DNA of 63,735 nt, the filler included, from Octopus bimaculoides (lineage: Eukaryota): assembly GCF_001194135.2 (NCBI RefSeq). It is 11 parts of 11 records of this genome, joined end to end, with 100 filler letters (N's around TTAATTAATTAA, not from the genome) between each part and the next. Parts side by side here need not be neighbours in the genome. Positions count along the whole stretch, not along the records: positions 22,385 to 30,664 come from NC_068999.1; positions 30,765 to 38,628 come from NC_068983.1; 9 more parts are not named here. One strand, written 5' to 3'. Below the pieces are notes generated by a model. That model ran no database searches and had not been told where the DNA came from. It worked only from the letters and a program-made list of their open reading frames with translations. Below, piece by piece: positions 26,223 through 38,728 of this stretch (positions are counted from its first letter, which is position 1; each line of letters opens with the position of its first letter). The position numbers were made by a program, and so were the translations under genes.

Positions 26223-26499
26223 TACATCTGTCAACATTATGAAAAAATTCCAAGCCCCAGAGGCAGTTGTCAGATCTGTAACAGCATACTTTCTCCTCTT
26301 AGTTTTCTGTGTCTTTGTACTCTGTGTAAGTTTGCTCTGTTAATATATAAATATATATTGATACATAAATGTTCATCATCTGAGAATTTCACTCTTTGCG
26401 TCCTCTCTATTTACATGTATACATGTATGCATTTTTTGTATATCTAACCCAAGCAGTTCCATTTGTTTATTTGCATCATTACACAAGTCTACATTTTTA

Positions 26500-28620
26500 A
26501 ATGAAGTAAATGATGATTGTCTACTTATAGGTGATTCTGAACCATTTTTTAATGCTGATTTCAAATATGTTTTTAGTTGTTTCCTATCATCTACAAATTT
26601 TGCACAAATGGCTGCCAAAAATATGATGATTTTTCTTGTCCTCCATTCCCTTTTGTGGCAGACTTTGTGATAAAAGTATGATGAAATTAAGAACAAATGA
26701 CTAGAACAATGATAAAAAAAAGATATGAATATTATGTAGGCCTACATATTGACTAAATATATATTTCTAATGCACTTAACATGGCTTTAAAGTAATTTTA
26801 CTCCTTTTCAAACTTCCTTTACCTTGATTTCCTTTCAGCTTTTGGTAGTTGCTTGCAGTCTCTCTTTAGGGTCCAGCAGTAATCTGCTATCATGTTTACA
26901 TTCCCCTCCCCCAGTACCTCTGCTCCATTTCTGTAATGTCCTGGTAAAATCTTTCACTGTGCTCTTCACTTAGATTGCCAAAGTACTCCAGGAAATAGTC
27001 AAAGTGTGAATGAAGAAAGTGCATATCAGCATTCATGTTGCACTCAAACTTTTTGAAGTTTTGCAACATGGTATCAACTATGACTTTGTAATTTGAACAC
27101 TTAATGTTTTTCAAAAAGTTCTTGACAACACTTGAAGCTCACCCATGCCTGTTTTTGAGATTAATTTATGCATTTCTCACAACCTGGACCAACAAATATT
27201 CCTTCTTTAATTTTCGCACTGGTTATATTTGGGAATTTTTTTGAGAGACACTGCAAACATGGTCCATCTGCAGGAAAGGATTTACCAAACTGTTCCATCA
27301 AACCCAGTTTGGTGTGCAAAGGTGGTAGCAGTACTTTTCTAGGTTCAATCAAGGGCTTGTGCTGAATGTTTTTGGATTCAGTTTACAAATTTCTCCTTTG
27401 TGGCCAGTTTTTAACCATCCAGTGCTTTTCTTTAGCTCTGCTGTCCTAGTCGTGGTTGCCCAGTGGTTAGGGCAGCGGACTCGCGGTCATAGGATCGCGG
27501 TTTCGATTCCCAGACCGGGCGTTGTGAGTGTTTATTGAGCGAAAACACCTAAAGCTCCACGAGGCTCCGGCAGGGGATGGTGGCGAACCCTGCTGTACTC
27601 TTCCACCACAACTTTCTCTCACTCTTACTTCCTGTTTCTGTTGTGCCTGTATTTCAAAGGGCCAGCCTTGTCACACTGTGTCACGCTGAATATACCCGAG
27701 AACTACATTAAGGGTACACTTGTCTGTGGAGTGCTCAGCCACTTGCACGTTAATTTCATGAGCAGGCTGTTCCGTTGATCGGATCAACTGGAACCCTCGA
27801 CGTCATAAGCGACGGAGTGCCAACAACAACAGCTGTCCTAGTCACATAAGAAACATGGCATTTTGTGTAGCCTGTCTGCTGGCCTAAAGGCATGCCTATA
27901 ATTTTGAAATCTCCACACACTTGCCAGTGGTATTCTGCATAGTTTATATTTCACAGAAGTTTTTTTTACATTTTCATATGTCTCCTTTAGTTGTACAAAA
28001 TGTGCCATTGGAATGGATGAATACTTATTTCCATGGTGTAGCAAGACAGCCTTCAAATTCCTGTTGGAGGAATCAATGAACAGCCTCCGTTCTGAAGGAT
28101 TGTTCTCGATCTCAAAATAGTTTAGTGGGTTTGGAATATTATAGCAAAACACCACTGATTCATCCTCAACAAAGAATAGTAATGACTTGTGTTCCCTGTG
28201 ACGATACCAAGAGAAGAAGGTTCCCAGTAACAAAAGTTTTTTCATTTTTAGCCTAGAACCAAGAAGTGCTGCTGCACCCTTTAGTAGATTCAAATCTCTC
28301 ACTAAATCATCGAATTCTTCCTGTGTAAATAACTGCGGACTTTCGATTTTGTCAGGAGTGTAGTCATTACCTTCTTCTTCACATTTGTCTTCTTCACTTC
28401 TGCAAAACTTTTCACCTTCAGGCATTTGTCCATCCTATCTATAGCTTTGACCAGCTCTTCTTTCGATGACGATAATTCCGAAGCCGGTATCTCCGATCCA
28501 CTCAGGTCCGAATAGAACATTTTTTTCACGGACTCAGCAATCTCTCCTCAAAACGTTGAGGGACAGCACAATCACATAAACCGCTGCAAAGTAGCACAAA
28601 AAACAACAACAATACTTCGC
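26500..28620 (-). mobile_element. Decayed Chapaev-3-like DNA transposon interrupted by a SINE
   Basis: PQLFTQEEFDDLVRDLNL...LLGSRL...RLFIDSSNRNLKAVLLHHGNKY, then PCFLCD, LLPPLHTKLGLMEQF and HFLHSHFDYF...SEEHSERFYQDITEMEQRY. Boundaries approximate. Confidence 0.78.
27452..27831 (+). mobile_element. Full-length tRNA-derived SINE with (CAA)n tail and 12-bp target-site duplication
   Basis: tRNA-like head (cagtggttagggcagcggact...ggtttcgattccc); TSD GCTGTCCTAGTC at 27440-27451 and 27832-27843. Confidence 0.9.
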
Positions 28621-28829
28621 AATCAAGCAGGAAACACGCACAGATCAAAATTCTTTTTATGAAAAAGCTTATACTTTTATGAAAAGCTTATATAATTTAA
28701 AGAAAAACCCATCAGCGAACCTGTCCAAATTTTCTAAGAAAAAAAAAGTCTATTGCTAAACACTCAGGTGGCTGTAGTTAACAGAAATTCAACCTCACGG
28801 GTTTCAAATCCCCGTAACGCTAAACAATT

Positions 28830-29460
28830 TTATTGCATCTACTTTTATTTCTATACACTTTCAAAAAGGTGGACGAAAACCCATGGTTGCAAAAAGGGAT
28901 CACCTCAGTAAAACTATTTAAAATTTTTGGCCCAAAAGACTTAAGGATGGCAAAGGATTCTTTTACACACAACTTACACTTATTTATATTTACTCTGAAG
29001 TAAGGGGCTCTCGAAGTAACGGACCATGCTAGAGAATAACTCTTATTATTCCTCTTTAGATCGTGTATATATGATGCAAGTGTGGTAGAGGTACAGCATT
29101 TTTCATTTGAAAACGAGCTCATGTGGGCCCTTTACCCAGCCTTAAAATTTACTGTACTACCTATATAAAACTTACCTAAATTATCCTTAACAACGCATTT
29201 AGAAGTTGCATTAGTAATTTGGCAGACCCCATCAAGGGGACATAATCCAGGGTTTCTACAATTACATGATTTTCCTAACCTTATTTCTACTACTAACAGT
29301 ACTTGTCAGGTTTTCCACATTCACTCTTTCAAATCTCTCATTACTGGGCTTCGATACACCCAGTGGGAGCAAAATGTTGGCATCATTAACCCTAGGCATA
29401 TCAGAACTTACCTGCCCAGAACCGGGATTTCCATGAGAAGAACATCTCCAGTGCACTTAC
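28830..29460 (-). mobile_element. Penelope-like element, GIY-YIG endonuclease remnant
   Basis: SCNCRNPGLCPLDGVCQ...FYIGSTVNFKAG*RAHMSSF...TTLASYIHDLK...AWSVTSRAPY...KCKLCVKESFAI...ILNSFTEVIPFCNH. Confidence 0.8.
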
Positions 29461-29609
29461 CCATTTAACTTACTTCTATTTGTAGATGCAATTATGGAGG
29501 CCAAATTTGGCATTATTGAGTAAGAGAACTTGACAGAAGACTTATTGCAAATGCTGCAGTATTTACGACCCTTTGGGAAGTTCTCCTCCAGAATCCTAAA
29601 AAAAACCCA

Positions 29610-30312
29610 TCTTCGGCANNNNNNNNNNATGGAAGCTGGATGTCATTCAAAGAAAGAGTGTACGAGATTTGTAGTAACATTCTTGGAAGTGAGAGTTAAT
29701 GTTGGAGGTACCTTAGATCCAATTTTTGTAGAAAATGGTGTAAAGCAAGGTGATATTCCTGCTCCTACACTGTTTGCTATATATTTCACAATAGTCTTTC
29801 AAATAGCTTTTAAAGATTGCCCTGAAGGGGGTATATATAAGATATAGGACAACAGGAAAACTGTTCAGTCTCAAAAGACTCTGTGCCAAAACAAAAGTTC
29901 TGCATTCTTACCTTGTTGAGTTTCTGTATGCAGATGATTGTAACCTGTTGGCACATTCTCAGAAAGATATGCAGCACATGGTGAATGCGATTTCTGCAGC
30001 ATTGGGTCTAACAATCAATCTAAAACACCTGTTATAATATACCAGCTTGCTCCCTCCAAGATGTATGTGGAACCTTTTATTACTGTGAATGGTCAAAGGT
30101 TGGAGACTGTACCTAGATTTATTTATTTAGGAAGTACCTTGAGCACTGCTGATCTTGATGATGAAATTTCATACAGAATCAGTAGGGCTAGTAGTGCTTT
30201 TGGTAGGCTTGATAGGCGTCTGTGGAAACAACATAATATATCTTCACAAATTAAAGTTAAGGTATATAACACATGAGTCCTCCCGTCTTTGCTATATGGA
30301 AGTGAGGCATGG
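29610..30312 (+). mobile_element. RTE-clade LINE reverse transcriptase fragment
   Basis: NGVKQGDIPAPTLFAIYF, EFLYADDCNL, FIYLGSTLS...DDEISYRISRASSAFGRL...VYNT*VLPSLLYGSEAW. Confidence 0.88.
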
Positions 30313-30342
30313 GTTGGGTAAGGCAATTGGAATGATTTCATC

Positions 30343-30664
30343 AGGCGCAGGAGTGGCTGTGTGGTAAGTAGTTTTCTTACCAACCACATGGTTCAGGGTT
30401 CAGTCCCACTGCGAGGCATCTTGGGCAAGTTTCTTCTACCATAGCCTCGGGCCGACCAAAGCCTTGTGAGTGGATTTGGTAGACGGAAACTGAAAGAAGC
30501 TCATCGTATATATATGTATATGTATATATGTGTGTGTACATGTTTATGTGTCTGTTCTGTCCCCCCAACATCACTTGACAACCGATGCTGGTGTGTTTAC
30601 GTCCCCATAAATTAGCGGTTTGGCAAAAGAGACCGATAGAATAAGTACTAGGCTTACAAAGAAT
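30343..30664 (+). mobile_element. tRNA-derived SINE family A, truncating the RTE fragment
   Basis: ggcgcaggagtggctgtgtggtaag...ggttcagtcccactgcg...gccttgtgagtggatttggtagacggaaactgaaagaagc. Confidence 0.88.
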
Positions 30665-30825
30665 NNNNNNNNNNNNNNNNNNNNNNNNNNNNNNNNNNNN
30701 NNNNNNNNTTAATTAATTAANNNNNNNNNNNNNNNNNNNNNNNNNNNNNNNNNNNNNNNNNNNNATATGTATAAATATATGTATATATATGCATACACAC
30801 ACACATACATATACACATAAATACA

Positions 30826-30862
<37 letters not shown>

Positions 30863-31509
30863 ACACACATTCATAAGTGTGTGTATATATAGCCTTCCCA
30901 TGACAAAGAGTATGAAAAATAATATGAAACTGAAATAAAAGTAAAATGATAAAATGAGATAGCAGATTACTATAGCATAATACCCACATGACGCATACAT
31001 TGCAACTGACAGGCAGACTGAGACGCACATGCATACACAGGCGCACACACACACAAACACACACACACACCCGCATACAGAAGCTCTCACGCACACTCAA
31101 AAGCTCATACATGTTTTGGCACCGGTAAATGTTGCGTTGCTGTCACATACTTCAAACAGAAACGTATAGACGCAAATGTGCTTAGATACTTACGAACATG
31201 GGCTGAGATATGGCTGCCACTTCAGTTGCTGGCCGTCAAAGGGAGAATAAATGGTCCAGACTGGGCTGGAAGGGAAGTGCTACCTAGTCCTTCGTCTTTC
31301 GTGCTAGGAACATAGTGAGGACTTTGACAGCAGGATGTTGGATAGCCAACAATGGATAGCCAACAATGGATAGCCGTGCAGCACGGAATTTTGTCAGTGA
31401 ACAGGACGCGGTTTCAAACCTACGAAATTATTTTTGAATGGTTTATAAACACCTTCCACGCTGCAATTATTTATACATACATACATACATACATATATGC
31501 ATACATACA

Positions 31510-31545
<36 letters not shown>

Positions 31546-31646
31546 TATATATGGGAGAATGTACGAAAGAAAAAACAACAACAGACGAGGACAGGTGGTG
31601 TAAACAACAAAAGGATGTATTAGTTTGACGCTCGGGAATACAGAAA

Positions 31647-31683
31647 GTCTTTAACGTTTCGAGCTACGCTCTTCAACAGAAAG
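31647..31683 (-). ncRNA. Hammerhead-like motif, A6U core variant, second copy of the same repeat family (about 31560-31800)
   Basis: Reverse complement: cttt-CTGTTGA-A-GAGC-gta-GCTC-GAAAC-GTT-aaag. Flanks align with the 10690-10870 copy. Confidence 0.55.
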
Positions 31684-31833
31684 AATACGGAGAAGACAAG
31701 GAGAAAAACACGGAGAAAAGAAATTGAATGGTGTTTGGTCAACGATTAATCATGGCGTCTGGAAATGGATGCGTAGCGTTCAATCATATAATAATATAAA
31801 TGATATATATATATATATATATANNNNNNNNNN

Positions 31834-32235
31834 GTACAGGACGTCACAAAACGTAAACAGCACGAAATACGAAGACAAACTTGGGTATGCGAACAACGAG
31901 AGAAACAAATGGAAAACAAGACAAGTAACATAAAGAACGACCCTTCATCAGTTGTCAGCTGTCCATCTACTCCTCATTTTGAGAAATTAACGACAGTATA
32001 ACCTTTAAGCCGTTGGTCTAGCACAGTGGTTGTCAGCCACTTTTTGCCTATGGACCCCACTTCATTCCTATTTTACTCAACTGGACCTCCACAGCTGACA
32101 ACTGATGAAGGGTCGTTCTTTATGTTACTTGTTTTGTTTTTCATTGGTTTCTCTCGTTGTTCGCATACCCAAGTTTGTCTTCGTATTTCGTGTTGGTTTT
32201 GTATTTCGTATTTCATGTCTTGTGACGTCATGCAC
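31834..32235. repeat. Head-to-head inverted copies (31834-31962 minus; 32091-32235 plus) of the acagctgacaactgatgaaggg repeat family
   Basis: About 100 bp near-identical in opposite orientation; the 128-bp spacer contains a hAT-like terminus (cagtggttgtcagccac...). Confidence 0.8.
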
Positions 32236-32269
32236 CCATATATGCATATATATATATATATATACTATT

Positions 32270-32310
<41 letters not shown>

Positions 32311-32967
32311 NNNNNNNNNNNNNNNNNNNNNNNNNNNNNNNNNNNNNNNNNNNNNNNNNNNNNNNNNNNNNNNNNNNNNNNNNNNNNNNNNNNNNNNNNN
32401 NNNNNNNNNNNNNNNNNNNNNNNNNNNNNNNNNNNNNNNNNNNNNNNNNNNNNNNNNNNNNNNNNNNNNNNNNNNNNNNNNNNNNNNNNNNNNNNNNNNN
32501 NNNNNNNNNNNNNNNNNNNNNNNNNNNNNNNNNNNNNNNNNNNNNNNNNNNNNNNNNNNNNNNNNNNNNNNNNNNNNNNNNNNNNNNNNNNNNNNNNNNN
32601 NNNNNNNNNNNNNNNNNNNNNNNNNNNNNNNNNNNNNNNNNNNNNNNNNNNNNNNNNNNNNNNNNNNNNNNNNNNNNNNNNNNNNNNNNNNNNNNNNNNN
32701 NNNNNNNNNNNNNNNNNNNNNNNNNNNNNNNNNNNNNNNNNNNNNNNNNNNNNNNNNNNNNNNNNNNNNNNNNNNNNNNNNNNNNNNNNNNNNNNNNNNN
32801 NNNNNNNNNNNNNNNNNNNNNNNNNNNNNNNNNNNNNNNNNNNNNNNNNNNNNNNNNNNNNNNNNNNNNNNNNNNNNNNNNNNNNNNNNNNNNNNNNNNN
32901 NNATATGCATATGTATGTATGTAATATATGTATGTATATATGCATATATATATATATATATACTATT

Positions 32968-33009
<42 letters not shown>

Positions 33010-33163
33010 CGTATATATATGTGTGTGTATATATATGTGCGTGTATGTGTGTGTGAATGTGTGTGTATGTCTGTGTCTGTGTGTGCGTGTGTGTGTTTGT
33101 CTGTGTCTGTGATTATATATACATGCGCGCACGTATAGTGTTTTACTGAATCTGAAAAAATGA

Positions 33164-33206
33164 AGCGGTTACTCCGGGTTTTCATACAGCCGATCATCAG
33201 ACAGAA
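33164..33206 (-). ncRNA. Degenerate hammerhead motif
   Basis: Reverse complement: ctgt-CTGATGA-tcggctgtat-GAAAacccggaGTA-accg; resembles the ...GAGTAACAG family; helix II unpaired. Confidence 0.4.
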
Positions 33207-34548
33207 GTGAACTTTGAAACAACATATTAACTTACAAATGTTCATACAACAATAACTATTTGGAAAAGAAACGTGAAATAAACGTTTAAGACTGATTAGA
33301 CATGGAGTTATGACATTTCAAAATCAATGAAATATGTTGGATAATAAGATTGACCGTCGAGGAAAAACAATACAAACATTAAAAACGAGTGAAAGGAAGT
33401 TGAATAAAAGAGGATAAATCAAATAGCATTCCATTAGTACAGAGTAATAGTACTAATAATATTTTGAGTAAAAGAAAAAACAATTCGAGCAAAAGTCATT
33501 TTATAAATTAAGAATTTACGGAAAATATACAGAACAAGTTATATAAAGGAATAAGATTAAACCAACGGGCGAATGAGGCATTACGAATGTATAAATAAAT
33601 TTGAATAAGACAAAAGAAAGGAAAGGTAATTCACGCACACACACACACACATACATGCACACACGCACGCACATGTGTATAAATGTTTGATGTTTGATAT
33701 CGAGTTATAATAAAACAATTTTACTTTAAACAGAAGGATTACTTAATACGTTTCGTATAACAGAAAACTATTACGGTTTCAATGTGTGGAAAATAAGACG
33801 AGGGGAGACTTCTGACAGATCGTTACGCAGTTCATTGATCGGTCATCAGAGGAGACGCATCTGATTATCTTTCTCACTTGAGTGCACACAATGTTAAAAC
33901 CACTGAGTAAATCAGTCAAGACATATTCCATTATTGTTGTGAGCAGCTTAATTTTCATAGGTGTTTCAGATGAATCGTCAATAAATAAACGATATCTATT
34001 TCATGTAGGACACAGCGTAAATAAGAATGTTTGAAATAAATTTAAGTATTAGAAAGGCGTAAAGCCTTTTGACCGCAATGGTAAAATGTAAGAATGTAAT
34101 ATTTTCCTACTTTCTTTTCATTGCAGCTATAGACTCTTCGAACGATCAAAAGACAGACCGAAATTATTCTAATGTATTTGCTTATCTCCCTTTGTTTTCA
34201 CTCTTTTGTTACGGTCTATGGAAGTTCAGTCATTTGGCCATTCGTTCAGTATATTTACAATTGTGTTGAACGAAAAGAAGTCAATTATTAAACAATGAGA
34301 AAATCTTAAGAACTGGAATATCCGTTAAAATAAACTAGTTACATTTTTGCTCACGTTTTCGATATAAAACCTCTGGAATAATCTAATTTGTAATTATACT
34401 TATAATATATTTCACAAATAAAGTAATTTTTAAATTGCAACTAAATAGCTTTTAAAACCATTTTCTTATTATTTTCCATAAAATATTTCAAAATGTTATG
34501 ACATTAGGCCTTCTCAGTTGGCCATCTTCAAATTTTCCTTATTGTAAT

Positions 34549-34607
<59 letters not shown>

Positions 34608-34741
34608 TTGTATTTGTCCTCTCTGTGTTCAGCCCTGTGTGGCCAATAAAGAAAGTTATCTCTCTAAGTATCTGCCCGTCTGCATATTTGTCCATCCATC
34701 CATCCATCCATCCATCCATCCATCCATCCATCCATCCATCC

Positions 34742-34808
<67 letters not shown>

Positions 34809-34817
34809 GTCTATCTG

Positions 34818-34873
<56 letters not shown>

Positions 34874-35689
34874 CACACAAACACGCACAAGTTAGGTGAT
34901 GCAAACATGAGTAAATATTTGTTCATTATTAATAATCGGCAAAATTTACAGAATGACTCAAGAGTCGACAATTCTGTGTTTTGGAGCTCTTATAAAGCTC
35001 GTTTGTTAAGTGATTATTGAAATAAATATCTTCTCAACAGAAGTGAATATGATTCATTGAAGAGGCCTAATAAGATTGTAACGTATCCATTGCTTACTCC
35101 TCTCTTTAGTTTTCAGAAATTTTAATTATTTGAACTTATCAGAATTCTCTACTTTTTTGTTGTTGTTTTTAAAGTTTAATAACTCATTAGAAGAGATTTC
35201 ATCTACCAATTACAAGGATAACCTTATGTTTTTATCACTTCAGTAGGAGTAAAGAGTAGATTCAATGATCTTTCAGGGGGCTTAAGAGACTTCTAGAAGG
35301 GAAGAATGTATCTCGAAATCAGAGACCTGACCCAAATGTTTGCAACAAGGTGAACCCCGATAAAGGTACACAAGACGCTACGTGGTGTCGTTATAATGGA
35401 GGACTGATTAAGCTATCAATGATAACCCGTGACCTCTCAAGTAAGCTACGAGGGGATTTGAATTATGTGCGCAACGAACCAGAGCAAATGTTACAAGGCA
35501 TCACTTCTGATGTTTTGACGATTTTTCCAGTCAACTACTCTAGACCTACTTGTTTAAGCCATTCGCTCCTTACGGAGTATTGACCATTCACTGTTCTCAA
35601 ATCTTGTCTGTGTTTTCCTCTCTCAAGTCTTGTTGCTTCTGAATTGTCATCGATGCTTCTGTAATTTTGATTTTTTTTCCTTGGTAGGG

Positions 35690-35885
35690 GTGTAGGCCCT
35701 ACAGAAACCCATTTTTACCCATGGGAAAAGGCTGTTCATGTTAGTCAGGTCTGTGTCCTTTGACCCGTCCAGCATGGGAGACTTTAGCAAGTGCTTGTGT
35801 TCTACTGGCATAGCTCTCAGTTTCATTGATGCACACAAGCCTCCATACCGCAACAAGGACTAGGCCATGCGGCAGACCACTCTAG
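35690..35885 (-). mobile_element. Probable RTE-clade LINE 5' UTR remnant
   Basis: ggtatggaggcttgtgtgcatcaatgaaactgagagctatgcc...gtctcccatgctggacgggtcaaagg resembles the conserved RTE/Expander 5' leader (from recall). Confidence 0.45.
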
Positions 35886-36079
35886 ACCGAAACTTTATTA
35901 ATCAATGCGCAAAAATGAAAAGCAAAGTTCACCGCTCCAGGATTTGAATTCATCGCGCAAAAACCCCGAAATAAATACTATAAGGTATTTTTCTTAATGC
36001 TCTAACAATTCAGCCGATTTGTCTCTGTAGTTGGTCGGAATATTTCAATTCACTACTTCACATGTGTGAAGTCCAACTA

Positions 36080-36620
36080 TATATGTAGTCTTTGATAGTT
36101 ATTAGAGTTTTCTAATTAGTTTTGTGTTCTGTTTTGTAATATAGTTAGCGACATTGGTTCTTTGTTGTGGATACAAGGTCAGGCGGCGATAAAATCTTGT
36201 ACTCGTATGTCCAATGTAATAATTAGAGTCACGGAGTTTACATCTTTTAATCTTTACAGCTTATTTGTACATTACATGAGTCAAATGGAGTTTATTCACA
36301 TGCTTGTAGGCTTGTAGCTTGTTGCTGATACAAATATTTCCCCCCTTGTAATTTTCTTGTTCGTACAATATATTATTAATGATAATTCGCGAATAGATTT
36401 TTGTAGTATACTGTGTGTTCTGCTTAATCAGTCTCATGGTGACGTATTCATCTGTTTCATAGCCTAGCTACATCCGGTTCATGCAATAAATTCTATGTCT
36501 GGCGTGTTGTCTTGACCGGGGGAAATGTGTCTCGCGTAATTATTGCATTAAATATGTTTCTGTATTGATGTATAGTGTAGTCTGATAGTTAATCTGGCAA
36601 TTTGCTATTAACTGATGTTT
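36080..36620 (-). mobile_element. Penelope-like element, GIY-YIG remnant of a different subfamily
   Basis: THVMYK*AVKIKRCKLRDSNYYIGHTSTRFYRRLTL on the minus strand; heavily decayed. Confidence 0.55.
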
Positions 36621-38596
36621 GTTTTATCTTATTAATTAATAAATTTAATTGCGTCGTGCCTGTTGCTTTGTTAAGTTCGATGACTGATTTAAATAAATAT
36701 AAATATGATTATAAACATTCAGTAATGAATGTTTACACACTTACACACATGTAATATATGCATATACTTTGACACTCACATACACGCACACATGTTTACA
36801 TTATAATGTTGAACTTTGGAGTCTAAATATATTAACAAAATACTCCATATATGATATGACATCATCATTATTCTCTTCTTCTTCTTCTTCTTCTTCTTCT
36901 TCTTCTTCTTCTTCTTCTTCTTCTTCTTCTTCTTCTTCTTCTTCTTCTTCTTCTTTCCTTTATCCTTCATTTCATGATGATGAGGGTGATGACGCCAAGA
37001 TGTTGATGTTGACAATGGTGATTATGATGTTGTTGGTGAGGTAGATATTGATGATGATGATGGTGATCCTCGTCATCAACACCTCTCTCTCCTCCCCTCC
37101 TCCTCCCCTCCTCCNNNNNNNNNNNNNNNNNNNNNNNNNNNNNNNNNNNNNNNNNNNNNNNNNNNNNNNNNNNNNNNNNNNNNNNNNNNNNNNNNNNNNN
37201 NNNNNNNNNNNNNNNNNNNNNNNNNNNNNNNNNNNNNNNNNNNNNNNNNNNNNNNNNNNNNNNNNNNNNNNNNNNNNNNNNNNNNNNNNNNNNNNNNNNN
37301 NNNNNNNNNNNNNNNNNNNNNNNNNNNNNNNNNNNNNNNNNNNNNNNNNNNNNNNNNNNNNNNNNNNNNNNNNNNNNNNNNNNNNNNNNNNNNNNNNNNN
37401 NNNNNNNNNNNNNNNNNNNNNNNNNNNNNNNNNNNNNNNNNNNNNNNNNNNNNNNNNNNNNNNNNNNNNNNNNNNNNNNNNNNNNNNNNNNNNNNNNNNN
37501 NNNNNNNNNNNNNNNNNNNNNNNNNNNNNNNNNNNNNNNNNNNNNNNNNNNNNNNNNNNNNNNNNNNNNNNNNNNNNNNNNNNNNNNNNNNNNNNNNNNN
37601 NNNNNNNNNNNNNNNNNNNNNNNNNNNNNNNNNNNNNNNNNNNNNNNNNNNNNNNNNNNNNNNNNNNNNNNNNNNNNNNNNNNNNNNNNNNNNNNNNNNN
37701 NNNNNNNNNNNNNNNNNNNNNNNNNNNNNNNNNNNNNNNNNNNNNNNNNNNNNNNNNNNNNNNNNNNNNNNNNNNNNNNNNNNNNNNNNNNNNNNNNNNN
37801 NNNNNNNNNNNNNNNNNNNNNNNNNNNNNNNNNNNNNNNNNNNNNNNNNNNNNNNNNNNNNNNNNNNNNNNNNNNNNNNNNNNNNNNNNNNNNNNNNNNN
37901 NNNNNNNNNNNNNNNNNNNNNNNNNNNNNNNNNNNNNNNNNNNNNNNNNNNNNNNNNNNNNNNNNNNNNNNNNNNNNNNNNNNNNNNNNNNNNNNNNNNN
38001 NNNNNCATGATGATGAGGGTGATGACGCCAAGATGTTGATGTTGACAATGGTGATTATGATGTTGTTGGTGAGGTAGATATTGATGATGATGATGGTGAT
38101 CCTCGTCATCAACACCTCTCTCTCCTCCCCTCCTCCTTCCCCTCCTTCTCCTCCTCAAAATCTTACACGAACGTATTCGATCTTATTGTTTTTGTTCCTA
38201 AACATCCGTTTTGCATTTGAATAGTAATAACAATATTTCTATTTGTCTCTACTTCCAAATATTAAGAAACTACGAAAAATTGAGAGGGAATTCCTGTTAA
38301 CGTATTCCCTACAGGTTAGATCTATCTGAGAGAGTACTGCTGGCGTCCAAGCACATGCTATCATAGGGACACGAATTTGATACAAGCTTACAATATGGAG
38401 AAGTAATATTTATCTCCGTGGCTGTGTAGTAAGTAGATGCTTACCAACCACATGATTCCGGGTTCATTCCCACTGCGTGGCACCTTGAGCAAGTGTCTTC
38501 TGCTATAGCCTCGGGCCGACCAAAGCCTTGTGAGTGGATTTGGTAGTAGACGGAAACTGAAAGAAACCCGTCGTATATATGTATATATATGTATAT

Positions 38597-38628
<32 letters not shown>

Positions 38629-38728
38629 NNNNNNNNNNNNNNNNNNNNNNNNNNNNNNNNNNNNNNNNNNNNTTAATTAATTAANNNNNNNNNNNNNNNN
38701 NNNNNNNNNNNNNNNNNNNNNNNNNNNN

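Noticed and set aside
27452-27525. tRNA-like sequence with A and B boxes
   Set aside because: Head of a SINE with tail and TSD, not a tRNA gene; the same applies to the other tRNA-like heads.
36973-38150. About 140 bp repeated on both sides of an 891-N gap
   Set aside because: Cannot distinguish a real tandem repeat from a mis-sized gap or haplotype duplication.
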